This document shows, one piece after another, positions 46,175-58,544 of a stretch of 64,000 nucleotides of DNA (positions within the stretch are counted from its first letter, which is position 1; each line of letters begins with the position of its first letter). The position numbers were made by a program, and so were the translations under genes. Under the pieces are notes generated by a model. It was given only the letters and a program-made list of their open reading frames with translations. It was not told the DNA's origin and did no database searches. The DNA is from the human T2T-CHM13v2.0 reference genome, Homo sapiens: the NCBI RefSeq assembly GCF_009914755.1, contig NC_060928.1; one strand, 5' to 3'.

Positions 46175-47107
46175 TGTTCCTCATTTTTTTATACATGTAA
46201 CTGTTGAAGAACTTTTCACATAAATATTTATGTAGAAATAAGAAATTATAGCAATGAAACTCAGTTTTTAAAAATTCCTTGAAAATGTACAACTTAATCT
46301 CATATTTCTGCATCATTAGAATTAATATGAATTATTCATTACTTAAAAAATTAATTTGAAGCTCCCTTATTTTATTGAAAACAGATAATTACAAGCACCT
46401 ACATGCAAAAACAACTTTTGAGCCAGTTTAGAGTCATTCACTTTTTCAGTAGATGCATCAATTATTGCCAATTGTTCCTGACAGTTTTTTGTACCCCTGA
46501 GCAGGTAAGAGTTTGAATGGGTAAATGTTTGCCTTTCTAATGTAAAGTAGAAGAAGGAAGATTACAAACATGCAATTTGAATTGGTGTCATAAAGCCAGA
46601 ACAACATATGCACAGACTCAGGAAGATACATTTTAGGAAATAGTGCAAAAAGAATTTGAGTTCTGGAAATTAATTGTATTAAAACTATCCAATCTTTCCG
46701 TCCCCTTGGAAACATCTCTTGTATCCCAATGGTAACCCAATAACAAGATTGCTATTCAATGTTTGCCTATAAAACCCTTCTATTATAGTTTTTTAACAAG
46801 AATAAACCAGGATAACTTATCCAGAAATATAACTACTCTTTCTTCAGGAAAATATATATATGTGGTGTATAACAAGAAAACCAACTGTAAAATTTGAATT
46901 CAAAATTTATTAACTCTTTTGTGGTTAGTTCTTATTGTTACAGAAAATATGCTAATCAACATAGCAACACAGATTTGTGTTTTTAGAATTAGACATTTAT
47001 GTTGAATTCTCATTTTGTAAATTATGTCTTTACTTTCTATGTTTTCATAATTGTTATTTTTTTCATAATCCTTATAATCCTTTCTTTTTCTTTTTTAGTG
47101 GTATAAT

Positions 47108-47475
47108 AGAAAATATCTATTTAATACAAATGAAGTTAGTTAATGGCAGAATATGCAAACAAAAAGGAAATAAGACATATGGAAATGAAATAGCAAAATT
47201 ACAAATGTAAATTCTACCTTATCAACAATTACATTAAATGCAAGTAGTTTAAGCACTCCAATTTAAAGGCAGAGATTGACAAAATAGATTTTAAAAACTG
47301 TAAACCAATTCCATACTCTTTACAACAGGCATGCACTTTAGAGTCAGACACAAATAGGTTGAAAGTATAAAGGATTAAAAAACAAACAGTAAGCAAAAGA
47401 GAGCTAGAATGGATATACTAATATCAGACAAAATACACGTTAAGATAAAAATTATTACTGAAACAAGGATATTTT
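47108..47475 (+). mobile_element. Old L1 fragment covering the start of ORF2 (endonuclease)
   Basis: ATTACATTAAATGCAAGTAGTTTAAGCACTCCAATTTAAAGGCAGAGATTG resembles ITLNVNGLNSPIKRQRL; ATACTAATATCAGACAAAATA encodes ILISDKI. Confidence 0.82.
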
Positions 47476-47583
47476 ATTTTATTTTATTTTTATTATATTT
47501 CTTAAATTTTATTTTATTTTAGATTCTAGGATATATGTGCAGAATGTGCAGGTTTGTTACATAGGTAAATGTGTGCCATGGTT
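47476..47583 (-). mobile_element. Very short L1PA 3' end with (TTTTA)n tail
   Basis: GGATATATGTGCAGAATGTGCAGGTTTGTTACATAGGTAAATGTGTGCCATGGT is homologous to 58591-58642. Confidence 0.85.
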
Positions 47584-49199
47584 ATAATCCTTTCTTAATG
47601 TGTTCCGACATTTCCAAACAGCCACTTGTTTAATTATTCTTCATTTTTTAAATGCTTCTTTATATTTAGTGTCATTTAATACTTTTTCACTATGTATTAC
47701 ACATATATAAATTATTTTCTTTTTAAAAAATGATTTTCTGTTTAGTGTATAAAACATATAAGAAGATGAAGAAAAATGTTACTAATTACTACTAATACAG
47801 AGATAGTTACAATCAATAATTTGGCATGTAGATTAAATGTTCTTTTTTGATGTTATTTTAAAATTATTAATATTTTACTGGTAAATCATAAAAGTATGAA
47901 TTAGTATGTATTTTTCTTTCCAGCTTGTCAATTCGCAAACTTTTCATTAGTTCCAGTAAGTTTTCATTTCTCCTAATGGCATTTCCATGAAATATAATCA
48001 TGCTGTCTTGAAAATAGTAATTTTCTTTTACTTTCCATTGGTAAACCGATTATATTTTTCTGTTTCAAAACATATCTTGTTTATTAGCAATAACTACTAT
48101 ACATATGGCTACTATATTAATATTTATAATGCTTATCTGCACACAGACTTCTATAATTGAATGATCTACTCTATGTATCCTCTTTTAGTTCTTCAGCTGA
48201 ACTTATCATATCCTTGTTATTCCTTGTATCTGACTGGATTTCAGATTAATAGTATCTCTTTAGCCCAATCTCCCATTTCTTAGTCTTTCATCTACTTCAC
48301 TCTTCATGTAATTAGTTGCCATATCCACTGATCATATCACTGTAATACTTGCACCCTACTTGCATTTTTAGTGTCATACCTTAAGTGAGCTCCCACTTCC
48401 CTCTCAAAATCAATGAATTCAATATATTTTATTTGATTATCAATTTAAAATACTTGTCAAGAAAATGTATGCACACAATTAAAAATTCAACTGTTATACA
48501 GAAAAGCTGACAACAAAAATAAGCCCTCTGCCTCATCCCTCAGCAGATGTTTTATTCTTCTGGTTGATAGGAATATTTTATGTATTTTATACATTTTTAA
48601 ATAAGTAACTATATATAGTTCTATATCTAATATATACATATTTATATGCTTTTAATATTTTATATATGTGGTAAATAGGAATAGTCTTTATTGGGAATAA
48701 AGAAAACTGTTATCACTTAAAGAAAGCTAGGCATATAGAGGTCTAACTTACTTGTAACATTACCTATCTCTGCTTTCTCTCTTTTCCTATTGTTACATAA
48801 TACTTCAATGTTGAATGACATTCTACATTTCTTTTTCTTTTTTAGCAAGTATACGCAATTTTTTTTGACATAGTACTTTATGAGATGGGGATGCTTTGAC
48901 TCCCAAAATCTCACTACCATTTCTCTGCTATCTGTTTTCATAGGCTCTGTCATGGGAACATCCACTTTTATAGTAAATATAATAATAGGTATGTTTTGCT
49001 CTGGAACCAAAAGTATACTCTGTGTGATTTGTGTTTAAAAGTTTAATCTAAGGTTGAAAAACAGTACATAATTTTTTTTCTGTATATCACAAAATAAATA
49101 TCGTTTACCACAGGTCCAAGTAATATACAAAGGACTTAAAATACTTGAGTTATCAAATCTATATGAGCAAATCTAGTCAACTCTTTTTTAAGGGGTCAC

Positions 49200-49660
49200 A
49201 TAATCTGTGGGTCAGGAATTTGGATGAAAAATGACTTGTTCTGCTATGCTTATGGCCACAATTGGGAAGATTTTCATGCCTAAGCATAATTAAAATGACC
49301 AGGAGCTGAAAACATTGGACAGTTTCTTTTTTCATAAGTGTGATGCTTGTGCTGTGCTGAAACAAAGACTGGGCTCAACTGGAACTGCCAACCAGAGCTG
49401 CTACACATGGCTTCCCATGTACCCATATGGTTTGAGCTTCTTCATACCATGGATGCTTCAGAGTAGCTGAACTTCTTGCATTGTGGCTAAAAGATCAATG
49501 AAAACAACAGAGATGTTACACGATCTTTTATGACCCAGTCTCAGAAATTACAAAATATCACTTTCACTATTTATTGGTGAAATAAGTCATTAATAAGGAA
49601 ACCTGACATCTTAATAGGTGACATGTCAAAGAATTTTGAGTATGTATTAAAAATAACACA
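49200..49660 (-). mobile_element. MLT1F/G/H-type MaLR LTR relic
   Basis: TCTGTGGGTCAGGAATTTGG..CTACACATGGC..CTTTTATGACCCAGTCTCAGAA..GTCAAAGAATTT. Confidence 0.7.
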
Positions 49661-49808
49661 ATATTCACATATTCAAAGTGTTATCTGAAGACATTATATG
49701 TAAGCAAAATAGGATATTTTAGCATTCCAATGATACAGCATATTTTAGTTTGCAAATTTAATGAAATTCCGTACTTCAACTTTGGAAAACTGTAATGCCA
49801 CATGATCC

Positions 49809-50429
49809 TGAAGCAGCTTTGTCATCTGGGATAAATACCCAGGATTCATTGTCTCGTGCCAAGAAAATTTAGGACATGTACACCCACGAGGACTTTTAGA
49901 AGTGGAGATTTAATATGTAAAAGAAAGAGAAAGGAGACAGCTCTCTCTCTAGTGAGAGAGAGGGACTTCTGAAAGGAAAGACTGGCTATCAGCGAAGTTT
50001 GTCAGATTTTATAGGCAGGCTTGAGGAGGTGGTGCATGATTTATGTAGAGCCCACAGTTTGGTTTGATCAGGTGGGACGTTTACATAGTGCACAGGAAGG
50101 CTGGCCACCCCACCCTAATCTTATTATGCAAATATAATTTCCAGTTGACTGGCACCATCTTATCTGCTCTTCACTGTACACATGGCTGACAAAGGGAAGG
50201 GAAGATGAAGCCTCCAGTATGAACATATCTAGTCTCAGGCAGTTCTCTCCTGCTGGCATTCACCATTGTAAGCCTCCAGCTTGCTTGTCTGTATCCACAG
50301 CTCGATTTTACAGGCTGCTCTTCGTCAGAAAATGATTTGAGGCTGCTTTTCATTAAAAAGGAAAACCATACCGAGGACTCCAGTACCCTCACTATCAGCC
50401 TAAGTAATTTCTTTTTAACTCCTATATCA
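49809..50429 (-). mobile_element. LTR9-family ERV1 (HUERS-P3) solo LTR
   Basis: The minus strand begins TGATATAGGAGTTAAAAAGAAATTACTTAGGC and ends GCTGCTTCA; 621 bp. Perfect 4-bp TSD ATCC at 49805-49808 and 50430-50433. Confidence 0.88.
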
Positions 50430-52024
50430 ATCCTAAATGTGGAAGAAAATTATAAGAATATTCATGGACTGGATATTATAGTTACCTGATATATGACATG
50501 TTCAAACATTGCCTATGTCTTCTCTGAATACCAGCAAAATTGACAAAGATTAGGAAGCAGTGATAGCCACAGAGCTTAGGAGTCAGTTTCCTTCTAACTT
50601 AGATAAGTATTTTTCAGTACCTGAAAATATCTACAACATTTTTGACAGTGTCAAAACTAAGACAATCCTATTAGTTCAGACTATAGTAATGACTATAAAT
50701 TGATTTATGTTTATATATTATGTAAGTTTTTCAAATCCAATTTATATCAGAAGGATGCTTCGATTTGAATCTGTTGATTATTAACAATATGTTGAGTAAA
50801 AATGCTGCAATAATTTAATTAATTCTGAAATATATATTTTTGGAGGACATATCAAAGGCATATCAAGGGTTATACCTTCATCATAGTTGGGTTATAAAGA
50901 AATATGACAAGCCAACTGCATATTTCCATATAAAAACCACATAATACCTTAGAATGTTTCAATAATTAAATAAAAAACTTGTGAAAGAGCATTATTGTTT
51001 TCATTTTGTTGATTGCAAAGTTGGTCTTCCTGCAGGGGATATTGGAAAAATTTATGCTTTTAACCTTTAGTTTAGAATTAATGTTATTGCAGAGCTTTGG
51101 GATTACAAATAGCTATCTATTCCCAACATAACTACAGACAACCTTTAGAAAAGCCATTTAATAATTACTGTCCTTGCTAGGAAATAAAAAAAGTTTATTG
51201 TGTGACAGCTATTGACAAAGGGCAGATAATCTAATGAAGAATGGTTACAATATTAACAGAGGAAAAAAGCAACTTTACTTCTCTTGATACTTTCTATACA
51301 AAGGGCAATACTACAGCCAAATTTCCTAGCAAAGATCCTTTTTTAAAAAAAATTTCTGAAAATGTATGCTGCCTAGATGGCATTTTATTTAACAAAATTA
51401 AAAACCACTTGTATACATTCCTAAAAGCAAGAAATACCAATTCTTATGTTAACTGGGGGATATTTTGAAATACATGTTAATATTCAATTTATATATTTTA
51501 TTTTGCATATGAAAAAGTAATAATTAAGCCAAAAAATTATCTTCAAGGGTTTTAATAATCTCAACTAAAATTTTATAAATATATAAAATTAAGCTTTTGG
51601 ATAGTATTTTTTAGATTCCTTATCATTTCATGCCATTCCCTGACTAGTATATTTTCATTATATAGTTACATCTGTAATTCCAGCAAAATATATTGTTTTT
51701 ATCTTTTGTTTGTATTAGAATACTGAAAATACCCTGGTAAACTATTGTCTGTGACCGTATATGTCACTTTTTTTTTTTCTGGTGTCCGTCCAAAAATTTT
51801 GTAAAATTAGCTATTTTAATATGGAGTGCATTGCATATTATTTTCTTTAGGCAGTCTTTTGGCTCAATAATGCACAAATAATAATGTCTGAGTTCAAGGA
51901 TTAAGGATGAGCTTCTTCATAAAGATATAATTAGCTCTCTGTGTGATCACTCCATGTGCAGTTTGTGGAAAGTGACACCAGGGCACTAAACACAGAACAC
52001 AAGGCAGAGCATGAATATCCTTCA

Positions 52025-52413
<389 letters not shown>

Positions 52414-53331
52414 TCATCTACATAAATTTAGGTTTTATCATTTTTAAAGAAATGAGATTTGCAAATAAGTCTATAAATTTCTTATTCAGAACAAAACACA
52501 GGAAGAAATATATGGAAACATGTATTAGTGCATGTTATTGTTATTTTGTTATGTTCCATATTATAGAAAACTCTTTAGTTAAAAGGCAGCTCAGTCAGTA
52601 GCAACATTTCAAGATATGATTTAATACTATGGTATTAGGTAAATATGCTAACAAAAAGTGTTTTTTCTCTTTATTCCTTTCATTAATATTGTTCAAACAC
52701 CTGGTGAGTTTTTTCCAGTGTCATTCAAAGGAAAAAGTCTAAGTAAAGCTTAGTTCCAAATTAAATAGAACAGACCAATCAAACAGTTAGGCAATGTGGC
52801 TTATAGTGAGTTTTATTTGTTTATGCGTTTGATTGTTTACTTATTATATACATGCTATTTATGTACATTTGTATATATATGATAAATATATATACACAGA
52901 TACATGTACTATATTGTACTTATATTTTAAAGTTTTACAAGGTATATATGAATCATGATTATCGTTTAAGGTAAAATAGTGAATTACACATAATTTATAA
53001 ATTTTATTTTTAAGAATACTGCTACCCATTTTGGGTGCAAGTACTAATTGGAGAGAAAAAAATACATTTAAAAAAAGTTGGAAAGACACAAGTTACAATA
53101 AATGACAGCACTTTGCCTTTCTTGACACAAATAATATTTTTGCCTAACTTTAAAACAATAGAATATTTCATGGAAATCACATTATTTTTCAATTCTTGTT
53201 ACGACTGCATTTGTTTTCAAATTTTAAACAAAGTTCAATGTTGCTGTAAGACAAAAGTGTACAGAAAAAAAATTTCAAAATGTAGTATGAACATAGATTC
53301 ATACACACTTGACAATGTGAATGAAGCCTAA

Positions 53332-53636
<305 letters not shown>

Positions 53637-53961
53637 TGAAGGCTAAAATTTTTATAATTTTTAGTTTGCAAATGTTTCCCCATAGAGCAGGCAGAAGACT
53701 ACTGAAGAGTTCAAGAATTGGCAGAAATAATCTTACAACATAATTTACATAAAGGGGCAATGGGTTTTTAGGTAACCAAATATGAATTAATTATAAATAC
53801 ACTGACAACTAAAATTCAAGTTTGCTTTTAATTACAGTTCTTTTAGCATAAACTTTACACTGTCTTTCTACTTGTTTCAATGTATTATAAATTCCAATAG
53901 CTTTTAATTTTTCTCAGAAATAGTACAACCAAGAAAGAACCTAAATTTTTTTGTCCTTCAA

Positions 53962-54250
53962 TTAGGGATGCAGGGATGGCTAATAGGTACAAAAAAAATA
54001 GTTATTAAGAATGAATAGGACTTAGTATTTGCTAGCACAACAGGGTGACTATTGTCAAAATAATTGAATTGTACGTTTTAAAATAACTAAAAGAGTACAA
54101 TTAAATTGTAACATAAAGGATAAATATTTGAGGTAATAAATAACCATTTTACCCCAATGTAATTATTATACATTGCATGCCGTATCAAAATATCTCATGT
54201 AACACCAAAAATATATATACCTATTCTGTACCAACACATTTTTTTAAAAA
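53962..54250 (+). mobile_element. L1MA2/3-type 3' end fragment
   Basis: TAGCACAACAGGGTGACTAT..TTTAAAATAACTAAAAGAGTA..CATTGCATGCC..TATCAAAATATCTCATGTA. Confidence 0.85.
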
Positions 54251-55073
54251 GATGAAAATACTTGTGTGGTTAATGTGCTTAATCCTGTGGATAATCCAAA
54301 AGGCAAGAGAATGGCGGCACAATATAGTATTTGATTATTTATAACTGTCAAGTACAATCAACTAATCAGAGTAAGGAGTGAGCATTATATGCTGGGTTTT
54401 TGTTTGAAGACTTTCACCATGATAGACTTTAAATAGTTTCTAAGTAAAAAATGCTCATTTCAGAATGTGAAAATGTGTGTTGGGAAAACACAAGACCTAG
54501 GGAGCAAACAGAAGTAAATATAGTATGAAGGGAATACAGAGTTCTAAATAAGAATAAGAATACAGAATATGCATATTAAAGCCTGAAAACAAACAACCCT
54601 TTGAGGGGAGTAGAAAAATGGAGTGAAAATTTTTAAGAGGTATTTTGGGAAATAAATTTTCTAAATTTCTTCAACTCAGAGTTTCCCATGCTTAATCGAC
54701 CACCACACACAATATTTCTTATTTGTTCTACATCAATTTTGATGTCTGGACAAACTTCTGTTTTACAGAACAACTTTGGGAAAACGCGGATATACATAAT
54801 TGATTTTGAGACTGAGTTTTGATGACATTCAACAGGAAAAAGAAATGACTGAATAGTTTTTCAGTTGATGAAATGATTGAAAATATGTATTGGGTGAACG
54901 GGTTTGGCGACATTATGTAAAATGGACTGGAAATGGCAGCCCATCTTACGTTTATGCAAATAATGTCTCAATGTTTGATCACATCTTTGACTCATTTGTG
55001 GAAGCCAAGATTACATTAGCTGATGTGGAAAAGCCAATCTAATTCTAAACGTGTGATGCTAATTCTGGACTTA

Positions 55074-55399
<326 letters not shown>

Positions 55400-55588
55400 T
55401 CAAAGGAAGAATTGTTAAGGAATAATGTCAGTTTTCAGATAAAAATGAAAAGGAATTAATACAGATTATAAATATAAGAACAGAGCAGAAAGAATTTATA
55501 ATAAAAAATGGAAGCTCAATCGTTTAAGCCTTTTTTTTTTATCAAGAGGCAACTGGAAGAATTTGTGGAGATTTCTTGTTTTGTTTTG

Positions 55589-55629
55589 ATGTGTGCGTGT
55601 GTGTGTGTGTATGTGCGCGCGCGTGTGTG
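55589..55629. repeat. Alternating purine-pyrimidine (TG/CG) tract
   Basis: ATGTGTGCGTGTGTGTGTGTGTATGTGCGCGCGCGTGTGTG. Confidence 0.9.
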
Positions 55630-55907
55630 AACATATTAGATTTATAGATGTTTCAAAGAACTCCAAGACGAAGTAAATATTGCTCCAGAGGAATAATATA
55701 ATAATGATGCATCTAAGATTGTGTATTAATTAAGAAGACTTTATCTGTAAGGAAGCTTTTGTGGAGAGATCAATGGTGGGGAGAGAAGAAGGGCCTGACA
55801 ATGCCAGGCAAGGGGAAGAGAGAAGAAAGAAAAAAGAAGTGAAGAGAAGTGAAGGCAAGGCAAAGGAAGGAAAGGGAAATAAAAAGGAAGGCGAAATGAC
55901 AGTACCT

Positions 55908-56202
55908 GGCTGGGCACAGTGGCTCACGCCTGTAATCTCAGCACTTTGGGAGGCCGAGGTGGGTGAATCACCTGAGGTCAGGAGTTCAAGACCAGCCTGG
56001 CCAACACGGTGAAACCCTATCTCTACTAAAAATACAACAATTAGCTGGTCGTAGGCTCAGCTACCCAGGAGTCTGAGGCAAGAGAATTGCTTGAACCTGG
56101 AAAGGCAGAGGTTGCAGTGAGTTGAGATGGCACCACTGCACTCCAGCCTGGGCAACAGAGAGAGATTCCACCTCAAAAAAAAAAAAAAAAAAAAAAAAAA
56201 AA
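55908..56202 (+). mobile_element. Alu SINE (AluSx/Sz-like) with ~20-bp deletion, long pure A tail
   Basis: Full dimer with TAGCTGGTCGTAGGCTCAGCTAC junction. Degenerate TSD GACAGTACC / GACAATACC. Confidence 0.96.
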
Positions 56203-56279
56203 GACAATACCCAAATTCAGAATATCAGGACTACTATCTTAATTTTTAAAAATATATTGTTGTTAAAAATTGTATTCAT

Positions 56280-56813
56280 CTCAAAAGATTGTAATGGAGC
56301 TGAAAAGTTTCTAGTGCCTAGTGACACCACAGTTGTCATAATTTTATAGCACATTTAAAATAAAAACTCTAGTGTAGCCTAAGTCTACAGTGTTTAGAAA
56401 GTCTATAGTAGTGTACAGTATGTTCTATGCCTTCACATTCACTCACCACTCACTCACAGACTCCTCAAGAATAACTTTCAGCCTTCCAAATTTTATTTAT
56501 GATAAGTGTCCTATACAGGGGTACCACTTTTTATCTCATAAAATATGTTTACTATGCCTTTTATATGCTTAGATGCACAAATACTTATTATTGTATTACA
56601 ACTGCCTGCAGTATACAGTACAGCAACATACTGTACAGGTTTGTAACCCAGGAGCAATAGTTTATACCATATAGGTATATAGAAAGCTATACCATATCGG
56701 TTTGTGTAAGTACACTTTATGATATTTGTACAAAGACAAAATCATCTAATAATGCAATTACCTAAAGGTGCACTTCTCAGAGCTTATACCCACCTTTAAG
56801 CTGTGCATGACTG
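56280..56813 (+). mobile_element. Tigger3/Golem (TcMar) DNA transposon relic
   Basis: AATGGAGCTGAAAA..TAGTGTAGCCTAAGT..CACATTCACTCACCACTCACTCAC..TGTACAGGTTTGTA..TTTGTGTAAGTACACT, ending in TIR GCATGACTG followed by TA. Confidence 0.85.
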
Positions 56814-57094
56814 TATATTGAAATAGCTGTATGAACAAGAGTCTGAAAAATTAAAGCTTTGGAAATATTTTCTAACTAACTGATATTGACATAATATTTC
56901 TAAAATATGGGTTCAAATGTAGGACTTTTAATATATAGGAAAATGACTAAAACCATGAATGTAGTTATTATTAATAAAATATTGTGCAATAATAATTTAT
57001 AAAATTTATTATAATAATAACTTATGTAAACATATGGTACATTTTTATGCTTTTGAATTAAATATTATTCTCAAATAAAATTACATCATTGTAA

Positions 57095-58490
57095 GTATAT
57101 TCTGTAGTGCCTGATAGTAAATATTTTATGCCTTTCAGGCCAAAAAGACAAAATAGAGAATATGATGTGTGGACTTATATAACAAGAAATAACACGCTTC
57201 CACAAAATTGTAATTTCGTAAGTCAAAGAATAATAACAATAGAATATTTTTATAATACAGGTATACTAATAAAAGTAATATATTTGGGAGGGATAATAAC
57301 ATTTCACTTAAACAGGATTCAAAGTGAGTATTCCATATCATCAAAATTGATTGCAAGTATTCATCTAACATATAAGGCTGATGTGGAGTGAGATTTGCAT
57401 ATTTCATTTTTCAAATTTTTTTTACTTTTTATACATATAGAAACTTCCAAATAATGTTATCAATCCATGATTTGTTGTAAGATACTTATTGAATGTTATT
57501 TGATCTTTCTCTTGATGAAATTGTTAGTATCTGTGATCCTAGTGATATAAGTAATTGTTCAGATTTTTACAATACATGTTAAAAAGATAAGTGCTATTTT
57601 GCTTTGTAATTTCAATAAAAAAACATTAAGAACTTTATAAGGTCTGCAGCAAAAGTTATTTTCCAATGCTATTTAATGTTTTACATTAGTGGTTGAGGGT
57701 GGTACTCTTTCAGAAAAAAAAAAAAAATCTATGCCCTCAACTAACACAGTCACAATAAAACTTCATTATTTTAAAGTCATAAAACTTCTTTGTGGTAAAG
57801 CAAGCCAGAATATTCAGCTTCTATTTTGGCAAAAACTCATTAATTGGCAATAATTAAGTTCATGAGAAGAAATGAACCTTACCATTGACACTACTGGCAC
57901 AATTACACATGATAGGTTTAAATATTTCCCACAAAGTATCTGCTCAAAAATAATGCATTGGATAACTATAAGCTTTAAAGCCTTGCATTTTTACAAGCTT
58001 TGTGAGTTTATTTAAATGTCTTTTTCTGCTCTATACCTTTTTTCCACAATCAGCCATAAAACATCTCAGCAGATTCCACTACAAGTTGTACTGCATTACT
58101 GCCTTCTCAATTTCTTTAAAAATCTTGTCACCTGTAGTTGTTTCATGCAAAATATTTTGTAGGAACTTCTTTTGCTGTCACTTCAAACTTGACATTGACT
58201 CTTCAAACAACTGCTTTGCAGTATCAGTAGCATCTGTGAACATACCAAGAAAAAGGTAAACCTCTTGAGTAATTTTTCTTGTTTTTTAAGTGAATATTGA
58301 GTTTACTCCTAATGTCCTGAACTCTTCTAGCAACTGTTCTTGCCAAAGGCTAATAATCTTAAACAGTTTATTTTATTTGAATACTTTTCTCTGGCTACTG
58401 CAATTAAAAAATATTTGAAGAATTCATCATAAGCAAAAATTTCCCTTAGCAAAAAATGAGCTGCCTAGACTTGCTTTGGTCCTGTTTTTA
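57095..58490 (-). mobile_element. Cheshire/MER58-family hAT transposon relic with decayed transposase
   Basis: MER58-like end GATAGTAAATATTTTA at ~57114. The minus strand translates to TDATDTAKQLF..VNVKFEVT..HETTTGDKIFKEIEKAVMQYNL*WNLLRCFMADCG, resembling the Charlie/SPIN-type hAT DESTD..TTG..TTDG core. Confidence 0.82.
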
Positions 58491-58544
58491 TTTACTTTTT
58501 AAAATTTTTGTTAAAAAATTCTGATAAGATGAAGTATTCCTTTT

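Larger units (their letters stand above)
44800..46740. mobile_element. Possible highly decayed hAT/Charlie-type DNA element, interrupted by an MLT1A LTR and an Alu
   Basis: GTGTATCCCCTAAAAG..TGAAAAA near the left end; GTACCCC and GTATCCCAATGGTAACCCAA motifs at the right end. Weak recognition only. Confidence 0.3.

Noticed and set aside
48717-49010. 97-aa minus-strand ORF in non-Alu sequence
   Set aside because: Non-ATG start, a polyK run from a T tract, no recognisable domain and no convincing splice context.
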